A stretch of DNA of 64,000 nt from Squalus acanthias (GCA_030390025.1 CM059425.1:162752001-162816000), one strand, 5' to 3'. Positions 12,933 to 26,338 are shown, numbered from the stretch's first letter. The notes: generated from the letters alone by a model not told the origin. Translations and numbers: made by a program.

Positions 12933-14682
12933 TGTAAGGCCCATGCTCTCATACGCTTCGGTGAAGGTGTTGACGATGGTTTGGAGTTCGACCTCAGAGT
13001 GAGCGCAGACGCAAGTGTCGTCTGCATACTGTAATGCGACGACAGAGGATGGGACGACCTTGGATCTGAGCTGGAGGCGACGGAGGTTGAACAGTTTCCC
13101 GTTTGTTCTGTAAATTAGTTCCACTCCAGCGGGGAGCTTATTGAAGGTGAGATGGAGCATTGCAGCCAGGAAGATCGAGAAGAGTGTTGGTGCGATGACA
13201 CAGCCTTGCTTGACCCCGGTCCATACGCGAATTGGGTCTGTGGTGGATCCGTTGGTCAGGATCACGGCTTGCATGTCGTCGTGAAGCAGGCAGAGGATGG
13301 TGACAAACTTTTGAGGGCAGCCGAATTTGAGGAGGACACTCCATAATCCCTCACGGTTGATGGTGTCAAAGGCCTTTGTGATATCAAAGAAGGCCATATA
13401 CAGCGGTTGGTGCTGTTCCCTGCATTTCTCTTGTAGTTGACGCGCGGTGAAGATCATGTCCATTGTGCCCCTTAGTGGGCGGAATCCGCATTGCGACTCT
13501 AGGAGGAGCTCTTCGGCCACTGGGAGAAGGCAATTGAAGAGGATTCTTGCGATGACTTTCCCTGTGGCAGATAGCAGGGAAACTCCTCTGTAATTACTGC
13601 AATAGGACTTGTCACCTTTCTTGAAGATGGTCACAATTACGGCGTCTCTGAGATCCCCTGACTTGCTCTCCTCCTTCCAGATAAGAGAAATGAGTTCATG
13701 AATTCGCGCCAGTAGTGCTTCTCCGCCATGTTTTAGCGCCTCGGCGGGGATTCCATCTGCTCCTGAGGCCTTGTTGCTGTTCTTCAGTTGTCGGTCCTCT
13801 ACCAACCTGCCCCCGCCACACAGTACTGCCCCCCGATTATCAAAATCCACAACAAGGCCTTGGACAATGTGGACCACTTTCCATACCTCGGGAGCCTACT
13901 GTCAACAAGGGCAGACGTCGATGACGAAGTCCAACACCACCTTCAGTGTGCCAGTGTAGCCTTCGGTCGCCTGGTGAAGAGTGTTTGATGACTAGGACCT
14001 CAAACCCGGCACCAAGCTCATGGTCTACAGAGCAGCAGTGATACCCGCCCTGCTGTATGCCTCAGAGACATGGACCATGTACAGCAGGCACCTCAAAGCA
14101 CTGGAGAGGTACCACCAACGCTGCCTCCGCAAGATCCTGCAAATCCATTGGCAGGATAGGCGCACCAATGTCAGTGTTCTCGCTCAGGCCAACATCCCCA
14201 GCATCAAAGCTTTGACCACGCTCGATCAGCTCCAATGGACTGGTCACATCGTCCGCATGCCCGATACGAGACTCCCAAAACAAGCGCTCTACTTGGAGCT
14301 CCAACATGGCAAGGGAGCCCCAGGTGGGCAGAGGAAACGCTTCAAGGACACCCTCAAAGCCTCCTTGAAAAAGTGCAACATCCCCACTGACACCTGGGAA
14401 TCCCTGGCCCAAGACCGCATAAAGTGGAGGAGAAGCATCCGGGAAGGCGGCGAACACCTCGAGTCTCTTCGCCGGGAGCAAGCGGAAGCCAAGCGCAAGC
14501 AGCGCAAGGTGCGCACGTCAACCCAAGCACCCCACTCACCCGCCCCTTCAACCACCGTCTGCCCCACCTGTGACAGAGACTGTAGATCCCGCATTGGACT
14601 CATCAGTCACCTGAGAACTTATTTTTAATGTGGAAGCAAGTCATCCTCGGTTCCGAGGGACTGCCTAAGAAGGAGGAGAAGA
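12933..14682 (+). mobile_element. RTE-clade LINE, 5'-truncated, with inverted 5' segment
   Basis: The RT (NYRGVSLL, SQCGFR, GVKQGCVIAP, QYADD) is on the minus strand at about 12933-13789. The C-terminus (FPYLGS, LYASETW, RLPKQALY, CPTCDRDC...HLRT) is on plus at 13790-14628. AAG-like tail; 11-bp TSD ATTTTACACAG (12922-12932 and 14683-14693). Confidence 0.93.
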
Positions 14683-15115
14683 ATTTTACACAGCCATTTA
14701 AAATAAATAGGTTTACATTTATGTAAAAATAGGATACACAGGAATATAGTACAAGCATGTTAAACATTCGTGCATGATGTTTGCTGATGAGAACTTTTGC
14801 TCTATTAAGTCCTGATTTAGCCACTTCTGTTATGCACAAGGTATATGTGTGGCTTTTCCTTAACTGTTCCATAATCAACAAAGCAATAATACAGTCACTG
14901 TGAGTAATCACTCACATCACTGGCTTTTTGGTTCATTAAGCTTTCAGAGAAAAAAGCAATAAGACTCAGCTACTGATATATATGATGGAGCTTTATTGCA
15001 CTACACTGGCCAGTCCTCACAGACATTAATTCTTGAACATCTCCCCTTCTTAACTCCCGGTACTAAGTTATTTTTATGAGGTAGAGTGAAACATTGCAGA
15101 CTATCTATGAACATT

Positions 15116-15717
15116 GGGAGCAAAATTGGCTCGCGGCCCCTTTGAGGCGCTAACTTCACCGGGACGCTACTTTAAGCACCCCAAAAAAGTTAGCACTCCC
15201 GCGCCCAAAATTCACTGGTAGCGCCCTAAGAGGGAGGCGGGGCACTACTGGAAGCGCCCCGCCTCCCTCCTGGGGCACTGCGAGTGAATACTCTCGGCGC
15301 TATGTGCTGCTGCGGCACATCGCGCCGCAGTACTGCAGGCCTTCCTCCCCTTATTAAAGGGGAGGGGCCTAGTGTAGCGGGACCCGGGGCCCAGCTGGGC
15401 CACCAGGGATCGGAGTGCTGGCACGGGGGCAGGTGCTGGCAGGCGGACAGCAACAAAAACGGCCGCCCGGCACCTCCCCTTTAATTTGCGCCGCCCCGGC
15501 TGCAGGTAGGCCCCCCTGACCCTGTCGGACATAGCGTCCGGCGGTAAGTCAGGGGGCGCTACCGAAGATTGTGGCTGGGGTGCGAGCGAGCCGCTGTGCA
15601 CGGCGACGATGTCATCACTGGAGGCGCAGCGCCGCGGGGCACTAACGGTTACTGCCGCCGCTAACCTCCCGCTGAATTTCACTAACGGGAGGCGCAAATC
15701 AACCAAATTTTTCTCCC
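15116..15717. mobile_element. GC/CpG-rich Harbinger-type MITE
   Basis: Imperfect TIR GGGAGCAAAATTGG / CCAAATTTTTCTCCC, 3-bp TSD ATT. The subterminal TAACGGGAGGCGCA is shared with the copies at 20053 and 62324. Confidence 0.8.
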
Positions 15718-15739
15718 ATTGTGTTCAATCTTTCGAGAA

Positions 15740-18195
15740 ATCAGCCAGCTCATGGTGTTGAGAGCTTTAAGCACAGAGCTCGGTAAGAGTTGAGTGAATC
15801 TGCTAAACGGAGTGCCGAAGGGAATTTAGTGAGAGTGGGAATTCGATGCAGAGGGAGAAGGAGGCGCTAAGTAATTTAAACCAAGTGGCAACAGTAATAA
15901 GTAAATATATAAATAATCAGAGTAATTAATTAGATCTAAGGGGATAAAATTAAAATTAACTAAGCAGAGGATACCAACATTAAAGGAATCCGAATTGCAG
16001 TAAATAAAAATCTGGTATACATAACAAATAAATAAATAAATAATAAATAGGAGTTAAGGGGATACTAAACTAAAAGCTAAAACATAAGAGACAAATATCA
16101 ATGTATATAACGTAAGTAGATAGCCTTTTAAACAAAATGATGGGCAATGTTCTTGTTAAGCTGAGTGGCCACACAGCCGTGCAGCAATCTGGAGGTCCCG
16201 TGCAGGCCACTCATCAGCTTGTTAATACAAGAAACTGCGCATGCGCGAAAATTTGAATGGACTGCGCAGCCCACGCACCCAAAAAAAATTAGAGGGAACA
16301 TTGATGATGGGATAACCGCAACCCGTTGCCTGCAATTCCTGTGCCATGTGGGAAACTCCAGGATGCTTGGTGTGTATATATGGATGAGAAACTGGACTGA
16401 AATAACGACATTCGAGTTGCTGTACTTCGGTTTAAGATGTTCTTTGCACTTTTTTATTGGCACTATGAGTAGGTAGAGATTCTCACTGATGATGTGCAGG
16501 AAGTGCCTCCAGTTGCTCGAACTCGAGCTCAGGGTTTCTGAGCTTGAGGAGCGACTGGAGTCACTGCAGGGCTGACGGGAGGCTGAGAATTTCCAGGAGC
16601 GCACATTCCAGGAGGTGGTACTCTCACAGCTACAGAGAGTTCAGGAGCACAGGAAGTGGGTGGCCATCTGGCAGGGTAGGATGAGGCAGGAAGTGCAGTA
16701 ATCCTCTGGGAGTGTGGCACTCTCAAACCATGTTTCAGTGCTGAGGCGGAGGGTGACAACCCATCACGGGAGTGCAGTCTAGAGCACATCCACGACACAG
16801 TGCAGCAAATCGCTGCATAGGGGGCACAACAAAGTGCAGAAATGCAGTGGCCATAGTGGATTCGATAGTCAGGAGGATAGACAGGCATTTCTGCAACCGT
16901 CAACGTGAGTCTCGCATGGTGTGTTGCCTCCCTAGTGCCAGGGTAAAGGACATCACTGAATGGGTGCAGAACATTTTGCGGGGGAAAGGGGATCAGCCAG
17001 AAATCGTGGACCATGTTGGAACCAATGACATAGGTAGGAAAAGGGTTGAGGTCCTACAGACAGAGTTTAAGGAGCTAGGGAGGAAGTTAACGGTAGTAAT
17101 CTCTGAATTACTCCCACGTGCTAGTGAGTATAGGAGTAGTATGAAAAGACAGATTAATGGGTGGCTGGAGAAATGGTGCAGGAGGGAGGGTTTCAGATTG
17201 CTGGGACATTGGGACCAGTTCTAGGGTAGGAGGGAACTGTATAAGATGGATGGGCTGCACCTCAACAGGGCTGGGGCCAATGTCCTTGCAGGGAGGTTAA
17301 CTAATGCTGTGGGGAAGGGTTTAAACTAATTTGGCAGGGGGAGGGGCATCAGAATGAAGCATTAGATAGGAGATACAAGGGGTACAGAGAACTGGGAGAG
17401 GCAAACAGCATTTGAATAAAGAGTAGTTCAGAAATAGGAGGGAGCAGACAGGGGGAAAATGCGAGGCAGACTAAGATGGGTTTCGAGTGATTGTGCGTAA
17501 ATGCACGGAGCGCAGTAAATAAGGTTGGTGAGCTGCAGGCAGAAGTAGCCATGTGGGATTATGATAATAAAGGAGGCCTGGCTGAAACAAGGAGAGAAAT
17601 GGGCACTTAATATTCCCGGCTACAATGTATTCAGGAAAGATATAGAAGGAAAGAAAGGAGGGGAGGTGGCAGTATTGATCAAAGATACCGTTAAAGCACT
17701 AGAAAGGGATGATGTACTTGCGAGTTGAAAGACAGAATTGATTGGTTAGAATTCAGGAACAATAGAGGAGCTATTACACTGCTTGCTGTATACTAAAGGC
17801 CATCAAATAGTGGGAAGGAGATAGAGGAGCAAATTCTCAGGAACATTGCAGAAGGATGCAAGAACTTAAGAGTAAAAATAACAGTGTAAAGGGGAAAGAG
17901 GGGGAAGAATACTTTCTTGATCAGTATGTTTCCAGCCCAACGAGGAAGGAAGCAGTGCTGGATCTAGATCAGGGGAATTAAGCAGGACAAGTGGAGCATG
18001 TTTCAGTGAGAGAGCATTTGAGAAACAGTGATCATAATATCATTAGGTTTAGAGTAGTTATGGAAAAGGACAAGGCAAAATCAAATGCGAAAATATTCAA
18101 CAGGAGGAGGGCTAATTTCAGTGAGTTTAAAAGGGATCTGGCCCAGGAGGATTGGTATCAAAAATTGGCAGGTAAAACAGTAAATGAAAAATGGG
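15740..18195 (+). mobile_element. Decayed 5' half of a CR1 LINE (ORF1 with SGNH esterase-like domain and ORF2 endonuclease start)
   Basis: CRKCLQL zinc-finger/zipper remnant, IVDSIVR...CCLPSARVKD...HVGTNDIG (16772-17224), DGLHLN, then EN remnants (VNARS, NIPGYNVFRKD, SDHNII). Confidence 0.85.
16145..16303. mobile_element. hAT-type MITE, 159 bp
   Basis: CAATGTTC...GAACATTG termini and a perfect 8-bp TSD ATGATGGG (16137-16144 and 16304-16311). Confidence 0.85.
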
Positions 18196-19202
18196 AGGCG
18201 GGAGGTTAGTGGCGGCGCAACCGGTTTTCGCCCCGATTTTCCGCACCCGGAGATCATGACGTCATATCCAGGGGCATCATCCCGTTAGCGCACACGATGT
18301 AAAATTCCCCTTGTTCGCCTGCCTGTGCGCCTCTGTTTTTTAGCGACAGGTTTGGCAGGCGTTTTCCAGTTGGGAGGCCTGTGGAGGAGCGCTATTTAAA
18401 GGCGTCCATTTCCGGTTGTTGTTTGTGTCGGTCAGGACATCGAACTATTTGCTGCTCAAAAGTAAAGAGCCCTTTTGATTATTGGAAGCGTTTTTGAGAT
18501 GTCAGAGTTTGCTGCTGAATAAGGAATCTTCATTTGCATTCGGGTGTGATTTGTTGGTTATTAGGCAGTTCTTCTCAGAGCAATGAAAAGGATCCGCAGT
18601 CTGTGTCTGTTCTCCTCAAAGCCAGCAAAGCTGTAAATGAGCATCTGGTGAATGATCAAACCTCCCCTTTAAGGGATGTGATAATGTATATATTACAGAA
18701 ATTTAATGCTGTGGATACATAATTTAGATTGTGAACAAGTGTGAAACAAGCAGTACTAATGGAAGAGAGGTCCGCTATTGGTTTTATTCATCAGTTCAGT
18801 GGGATCTACATCTACATACCCCGATAATTTTGTTTTAAAAAGTTAGCGTGATCATTTATGAAGTTCATTAACTTCCTATTGAAAGCAATAAAGTAAGTTC
18901 ATTGTGGTTTCTCTGCTTCCGTCACTGCAACAAAGGCAGAAACCTCTTTCTGGTAACACAATACAGCTTCCTGTGACTCGAACTTTATTGCATCACTTCC
19001 TGTGATTAGTCCAGGATAAATACTGGACTGATCAGTTGGATCCTGGAGGGGCATAGAGTAAGACCTCTTTTGTATGTAGCACCTTTTTAGTTGATTAAAG
19101 CTTACTTTAAGTTCACCACGCGTAAGGCTCATTCTTACGACACTCTTTACACGTGTAAACAAGGTTTCTGCCAGAGTTACAGCGCTAAAGCAAAAAAACT
19201 GC

Positions 19203-21330
19203 AAATGTAACCCCACTATTTAAGAAAGGAGGGAGAGAGAAAACGGGGAACTACAGACCAGTTAGCCTGACATCAGTAGTAGGGAAAATGCTAGAATCCA
19301 TTATAAAGGACATGGTAACAGGGCACTTAGAAAATAATAATAGGATTGGGCAGAGTCAACACGGATTTATGAAAGGGAAATCGTGTTTGACGAATCTGTT
19401 AGAGTTTTTTGAGATTGTAACTAGCAGAATAGATAAGGGGGAACCAGTGGATGTGTTGTATTTGGATTTTCAGAAGGCATTCGATAAGGTGCCACATAAG
19501 AGCTTGTTACGCAAGATTAGGGTTCATGGGATTGGGGGTAATAAACTAACATGGATTGAGGATTGGTTAACAGACAGAAAACAGAGAGTAGGAATAAATG
19601 GGTCATTTTCGGGTTGGCAGGCTGTAACTAGTGGGGTACCGCAAGGATTAGTGCTTGGGCATCAACTATTTACAGTCTATATCAATGATTTGGATGAGGA
19701 GACCAAATGTAATATATCCAAGTTTGCTGATGATACAAAGCTGGGTGGGAATGTAAGTTGTGAGGAGGATGCAAAGAGGCTTCAAGAGGATATAGACAAG
19801 CTAAGTGAGTGGGCAAGAACATGGCAAATGGAATATAATGTGGAGAAATGTAAAGTTACCACTTTGGTAGGAAAAATAGAAAAGCAGAGTATTTTTTAAA
19901 TGGTGAGAGATTGGGAAATGTTGGTGTTCAGAGGGACCTGGGTGTCTTTGTACACGAATCACTGAAAGTTAACATGCAGGTACAGTAAGCAATTAGGAAA
20001 GCAAATGGTATGTTGGCCTTTAGTACAAGGGGATTTGAGTATAAGAGTAAAGGGGGGAGAAATTCAGTATCGCCCCATTTGGGGCGCAATTATCGTCCGG
20101 GCACAAAGATTAGCGCCTGGCGCTAATTATCGCCACCGACTGCAAACTTGACTTTTATCGCCCCTGGAGGTGATTGGAGTGCTAAATCAGGCGCTTCACA
20201 CCTGTCTTAAGGCGCAAAGGCCGAGGAGCGAGGCGCTACCTCAGAGCGCTGGCGAAGCTCATGTGATGTCAGTCAGCAATGGAACACACACACAATGGCG
20301 CAGGCCAGTTCTTAAAGGGGAAGGTTGATCTTGCTTTCCATCCACATCCTGCTCATTGCAGCCTTGAATCTCGGCCTGGAAAGAGCTGTACATCAAATCT
20401 GCTGGAAAGAACAATGGAGAGTACCAGGGAAAGAGCTCAGAGTGCAGCCCCCACAGTCTCTTCTAAATCGATACAAGGAAGGGCAAATCAAAATGAACCT
20501 GCAAAGTGCTACTCAGTACCCAAAACTCCCTCACACAGCGTTGAATCTCTCCAGAAGTCTCTCTCTCTCTCTCTCAGAAAGCGTGGTTCAAAAATGTCAC
20601 CAACAATAAAAGGCAGGAAGCTGTCGCCTTTAAATAGCGCTCCCCCAGTCCCTTCCTGACTGCAAAACGCTCCCCTCAACCTGTCGTTGCTAGCGGTAGG
20701 CGGTAAGGCAGGGGGCGCCACTCAATATCCGCTCCGGGGCGATACCGGGGCGTTGCGCACTCGACTGACGTCACGATCTGCCGGCGCAGGAGATCGTGGC
20801 GGTAGTGTTTAGCGCCGCCGCAAAATGTCTAGTTAATTTCGCGAGCGGCGCAAACATGGCCGCGCCCGGGCGCTAGATGATTTGCGCCCTCTTAAGGCGC
20901 TAACGGGAGGCGCAACCAACTGAATTTTTCCCCCAAGATGTCTTACTGCAATTATATAGCGCTCTGGTGAGACCACACCTGGAGTATTGTGTACAGAATT
21001 GGTCTCTTTACCTAAGGAAGGATATACTTGCCATAGAGGGAGTGCAACGAAGGTTCACCAGACTGATTCCTGGGATGGGGGGATTGTCCTATGAGGACAG
21101 ATTGAGTAGACTAGGCCTATATTCTCTCGAGTTTAGAAGAATAAGAGGTGATCTCATTGAAACATACAAAATTCTTACAGGGCTTGACAGGTTAGATGTA
21201 GGGAGGATGTTTCCCTTGGCTGGGGAGTCTAGAACCAGGGGTCACAGTCTCAGAATAAGGGGTTGACCATTTAGGACTGAGACAAGGAGAAATTTCTTCA
21301 CTCAGAGGGTGGTGAATCTTTGGAATTCTC
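19203..21330 (+). mobile_element. CR1 LINE ORF2 (RT) fragment, interrupted by a MITE
   Basis: ORF 19288-19899 (SQHGFMKGKSCLTNL, KFADDTK) and ORF 20967-21266 (RPHLEYCVQ). Confidence 0.92.
20053..20934. mobile_element. GC/CpG-rich Harbinger-type MITE inserted in CR1
   Basis: TIR GGGGGAGAAATTCAGT / ACTGAATTTTTCCCCC and TSD AAG. Removing the element restores the CR1 frame YKSKDVLLQ. Confidence 0.88.
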
Positions 21331-21890
21331 TCTCTCTCAGAATGCGTGATGCAAAAATGTCGCCGACATTAGGAGAACCCAGCCTCCGCTGAATTTCAGG
21401 GTCAAGTATTTTTTGGGGCTGCTGGGCAACAACTATAATTCAACGGAGATAAGGTCATGAACAAAGAAAAAGTAAATTTGTGCCCAGTGCAGCAAAGACC
21501 CAGAAGTGGTCAGGAAGAAGTGTCACAATATGAGAAGGGCTACCAGTAATATTACTGTGACATATCAAGAAGGGGCAGATGTGGGCATTAAGTACAGATA
21601 CGGATGGAGGTTTAAAGGGCTTGTTGTTACTAACAAAATATTGATTGAGGCAACTTGATGGCTCAGCTAATTATGGTGTGTGACTAGCACAGCCATTCAG
21701 GCCCAGGTTCAATCCCTAGCCTGCGTTGGAAAGTGCGCATATGGAAACGTTTGAATGATGACAGGATTGAATTTGGCTGTTATTTCCCCCATCTCATTAT
21801 CAAGAAACACACATCAATAACGATCACTTGAGTGAGGTACCAGCAGAGGACAAGTATTGTTGCAGAACCATATACCAGCAAGGAGACAAT

Positions 21891-22215
21891 GGGGTAGAAA
21901 CTGGTTAAGGCTCATTTTAGGATGCATAACCAATGGCACGCAGACAACTTGCGCCCCAACCAGGAGACACGAGGCTCACTCGAAGTCTTTTCCAGGACTC
22001 GTTCCAATAATTTGGGTGAGCATTATTAGCATATGCAAGGGGCTTAATGCCGCTTTTAGGCATCTGCCCCGGACATCTGAAAAATGGCCTGATCCAATAT
22101 TGGGTCAGTTATCTTTCAGGCGTCCTGAGGATGCAGGACATTTGTCTCCGAAACTGGACCTCATTGCATTTGCTTATGCCTGTATAATGGGCACAACAAG
22201 GTCCAATTTTGACCC
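21891..22215. mobile_element. Probable degenerate MITE
   Basis: Imperfect termini GGGGTAGAAACTGG / CCAATTTTGACCC resemble the other Harbinger-like TIRs in the window. Confidence 0.45.
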
Positions 22216-22741
22216 AAGCATTTTTTGGGAGAGGTGAAAATAAAGAAAATTGCTGAGAAAAAAAAGATACAAGTTGAGATGTGGACTCACTGGTGTGTAA
22301 TTTCCATATGTAGACAGTAGCCCTTTTGGAATGCCAATGTGAGTCAACTACAGTTTCGACAATTTCAAATTGCAATGGTTCTTTTTTTCTAACACAGTGC
22401 TGGATTCAAAACTAGTGGTCCTCGCAGCTCAAACTACATTGCGGGCAGAATTCTATTATTTCTCCATGGGTTGATTGATGGCCTGAGTGCAAAACCTTAT
22501 TTAATTCAGCCAACCTAATATTAATGATATATTGTAACTGAAAATTTTCTGTGTTTCTACATCAGTGTGTTGGAGCTTTGACAGGATGGAAATGACCTTT
22601 CACAATACATAGAAATTATTACGGCAATCTCTCTCCCTGATGAAGGAACAGTGATACTAAAACTTAAAAAGGCACTAGTGTCAGCAGCCAGGTGTGGTAA
22701 ACAATTTAAACTAATTAATTGCAGATGTCCATTTGCTGTGA

Positions 22742-22845
22742 TACACAAATCTGAAACAAAAACAGGAAACACTGCAAACATTCAGCAGGGCAGGCAGCAT
22801 CTGTGGAAAGACCAGAGAAGCTAAGGTGGACCCTTCGTTGAACTG
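22742..22845 (-). mobile_element. Old Penelope-like terminal repeat fragment
   Basis: Degenerate similarity to the elements at 42208 and 55175 (CTGCCTG...CTGCTGAATGTTT...). Confidence 0.55.
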
Positions 22846-23109
22846 AATACACTGCCTGTACATCATTTGCAGACAATTCACTGATGGGAGTGTTTCCCCT
22901 TTGCAATGGCTGTAACATGTATGACATCTAAAGGTGTCAGAGGCTTTATGACCTCTGTCAAACCTTCTCCCCCAAACAACACACTGCAGATCTAGTTGGG
23001 TAAATTTTCAATGGAATGAAAATCGAATAGGTTCTATAACGGGCGGGTGATCTGTTCCACGAGGTTAATGCCTAATGATGGCTAAACTTTATCCAGTGTG
23101 TTAACAGTA

Positions 23110-23822
23110 ACAACCACAACAACTTGCATTTACATAGCACCATTAATGTAGTAAAACATCCCAAGGTGCTTCACAGGAGTGTTACCAGACAAAATTTGAC
23201 ATGAGCCACATAAGGAGATATTAGAACAGATGACCAAAAGCTTGGAGTGACTTAAGGAGTGACTTAAAGGAGGAGAGAGAGGTAGAGAGGCGGAGAGGTT
23301 TAGGGAGGGAATTACAGCGCTTAGGGCCTCGGCAGCTGAAGGCACGGCCACCATTGGTGGAGCGAAGGAAATCAAGGATGCGTAACAGGCCAGAATTGGT
23401 GGAGCGCAGAGATCTCGAAGAGTTGTAGGGCTGGAGGAGGTTACAGAGATAGGCCATGGAGGGATTTGAACACAAGGATGAGAATTTTAAAATCGAGGTG
23501 TTGCTGGACCGGAAGCCAATGTAGCTCAGCAAGCACAGGGGTGGTGGGTGAGCGGGACATGGTGCGAGTTAGGATACAGAGTTTTGGATGAGCTTAAGTT
23601 TATGGTGGGGGTGGGGGGTAAGGTGAGAGGCTGACAAGGAGTCGAGTTGAGTCTGGAAGTAATAAACTCATCGAAGAGGGTTTCAGCAGCAGATGGGCTG
23701 AGGCAGGGGCAAAGATGGGCGATGTTACGGAGGTGGAAGTAGGCTGTCTTAGTGATGGAGAGGATATGGGGTTGGATGCTCAACTCAGGGTCAATAGGCA
23801 CTGAGGTTGCGAACAGTCTGGT
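23110..23822 (-). mobile_element. L2 LINE 3' fragment
   Basis: [13 protein letters not shown]...LSPSAAETL and RSLRS...GGRAFS motifs; (GTT)n tail near 23110. Confidence 0.85.
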
Positions 23823-23827
23823 TATGG

Positions 23828-26338
23828 GGAACTGGGCATCCATGAGGCGCTGTGGGCCATCAGCAGCAGCAGAATTGTATTTCACCACAATCACCAGAAT
23901 ATCCCTCACGCCACCCTTACCATCAAGCCAGGTGACCAACCCTGGTTCAATGCGAAGTGTAGAAGAGCATGCCAGAAGCAGCACCAGGCGTACCTGAAAA
24001 TGAGGTGCCAACCTGGTGAAGCAACCAGAAGTAGCATGCCATGGACAGAGCCAAATGATCCCACAACCAACGGATCAGATCTAAGCTCTGCAGTCCTGCC
24101 ATATCCAGTCGTGAACAGTGATGGACAATTAAACAACTAACAGGAGGAGGAAGCTCCAGGAACATCCTTATCCTCAACGATGGTGGAGCCCAGCACGTGA
24201 GTGTAAAAGACATGGCTGAAGTGTTCACAACAACAACAACAACTTGTATTTATATGGTGCTTTTAATATATTAAAACATCCCAAGGCACTTCACAGGAGC
24301 GTTATTAAACAAAATTTGACACTGAGCCACATGAGGCAGATGACCAAAAGCTTGTTAAAAGAGGTAGGTTTTAAGGAGCGCCTTAAAGGAGGAAAGAGAG
24401 TTAGAGATGTGGAGAGGTTTAGGGAGGGAATTCCAGCGCTTAGGGCCTTGGCAGCTGAAAGTACGGCCACCAATACTGGAGCAATCGGTGATGCTCAAGA
24501 AGCCAGAATTAGAGGAAAGAGGGCAGAATTAGAGGCGCGCAGATATCTCGGAGGATTGTAGGGCTGGAGGAGATTACAGAGATAGGGAGGGGCAAGGCCA
24601 TGGAGGAATTTGCAAACAAGGTTGAGAATTTTGAAATCGAGGCGTTGCCTAACAATGCAGGTCAGCGAGCACAGGGGTGATGGGTGAACGGGACGGTGCG
24701 AGTTAGGACATGGGCAGCAGAGTTTTGGATGACTTCAAGTTTATGGAGGGTAAAAAGTGGGATGCCGGCCAGGAGTGTGTTGGAATAGTCAAATCTGGAG
24801 GTAACAGGCATGGATGAGGGTTTCAGCAGCAGATAAGCTGAGGCAGGGGCGGAGTCGGGCGATGTTCCGGAGGTGGAAATAGGCGGTCTTAGTGATGGAG
24901 CAGATATATGGTCGGAAGCTCATCTCGGGGTCAAATATGACACCAAGGTTGAGAACAGTCTGGTTCACAACCATCTTTAGCTGGAAATGCTAAGTGGATG
25001 ATCCACCTTGGATTCCTCCTGAGGTTCCCACCATCACAGAAGCCAGTCTTCAGCCAATTCGATTCACTCCACCTGATATCAAGAAACAGCTGATCACACT
25101 GAATACAGCAAAGGCTATGGGCCCTGACAACACCCTGGCTGTAGTGGTGAAGACTTGTGCTCCAGAACCAGCCGCGCCTCTAGCCAAACTGTTCCAGTAC
25201 AGTTACACACTGGCGTCTACTCAACAAAGTGGAAAATTGCCCAGGTATGTCCTGTCCACAAAAAGCAGGACAAATCCAATCTGGCCAATTACCGCCCCTT
25301 CAGCCTACTCTCAATCATCAGCAAGGTGTTGGTAGGTGTCGTCAACAGTTCATGCGTCACTTACTCATCAATAACCTGCTCACCGATGCTCCGCCAAGAC
25401 CACTCGGCTCAAGACTTCATTAAAGCCTTGGTCCAAACATGGACAAAGGAGCTGAATTCCAGAGGTGACGTGAGAGTGATTGCCCTTGACATCAAGGCAG
25501 CATTTGACCGAGTGTGGCACCAAAGAGCCCTAATAAAACTGAAGTAAATGGGAATCAGGGGGAAAATGTTTCATTGGCTGGAGTCATACCTAACACAAAG
25601 GAAGATGGTTGGGGTTGTTGGAGGCCAATCATCTCAGCCCCAGGACATCGCTGCAGGAGTTACTCAGGGCAGTGTCCTAGGCCCAACCATCTTCAGCTCC
25701 TTCATCAATGACCCTCCCTCCATCATAGGGTCAGAAGTGGGGATGTTTGCTAATGATGGCACAGTGTTCAGTTCCATTCGCAATTCCTCAGATAATGAAG
25801 CAGTCCATGTCCGCATGCTACAAGACCTGGACGATCTCCAGGCTTGAGCTGATAAATGCCAACAACACTCAAGATGCTCGACACCATCCAGGACAATGCA
25901 ATCTGCTTGATTGGCATCCCATCTACAACCTCAAAAACTCACTCCCTCCACCACTGGTGCAACATGGCTGCAGTGTGTACCATCTACAAGATGCACTGCA
26001 GCAACTCGCCAAAGTTTCATTGACAGTACTACCCAAATACGCAACCTCTACAAACTAGAAGGACAAGGGCAGCAGGTGCATGGGAACACCACCACCTCCA
26101 AGTTCCCCTCCAAGTCACACACCATCCTGACTTGGAAATATATCGCCGTTCCTTCATCGTCGCTGGGTCAAAATCCTGGAACTGCCTACCGAACAGGACT
26201 GTGAGAGTACCTTCAACATATGGACTGCAGCGGTTCAAGAAGGCAGCTCACCACCACCTTTTCAAGGGCAATTAGAAATGGGCAAAATATGCTGGCCTTG
26301 CCAGCAACACCCACATTCCATGAATGAATAATTTTTTT
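23828..26338 (+). mobile_element. Third, internally deleted copy of the Daphne-like LINE, split by an L2 insertion
   Basis: Same motifs as 1506-4707 (NWASMRRCGPSAAAELY, ALDIKAAFDRVWH) and the same 3' end (GGCCTTGCCAGCAACACCCACAT). Confidence 0.88.
24227..24962 (-). mobile_element. L2 LINE 3' fragment
   Basis: [12 protein letters not shown]...[15 protein letters not shown]; (GTT)n tail; GTTCACAAC is duplicated on both sides. Confidence 0.87.

Noticed and set aside
15226..15706. ORFs in GC-rich MITEs (also 20279-20721 and 62450-62957)
   Set aside because: They are stop-poor because of GC content, have no domain motifs, and sit inside TIR-bounded elements.
18899..19216. 105-aa minus-strand ORF as a stand-alone gene
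   Set aside because: Its start lies in CR1 sequence and it has no recognisable domain. Only the internal micro-exon candidate was kept.
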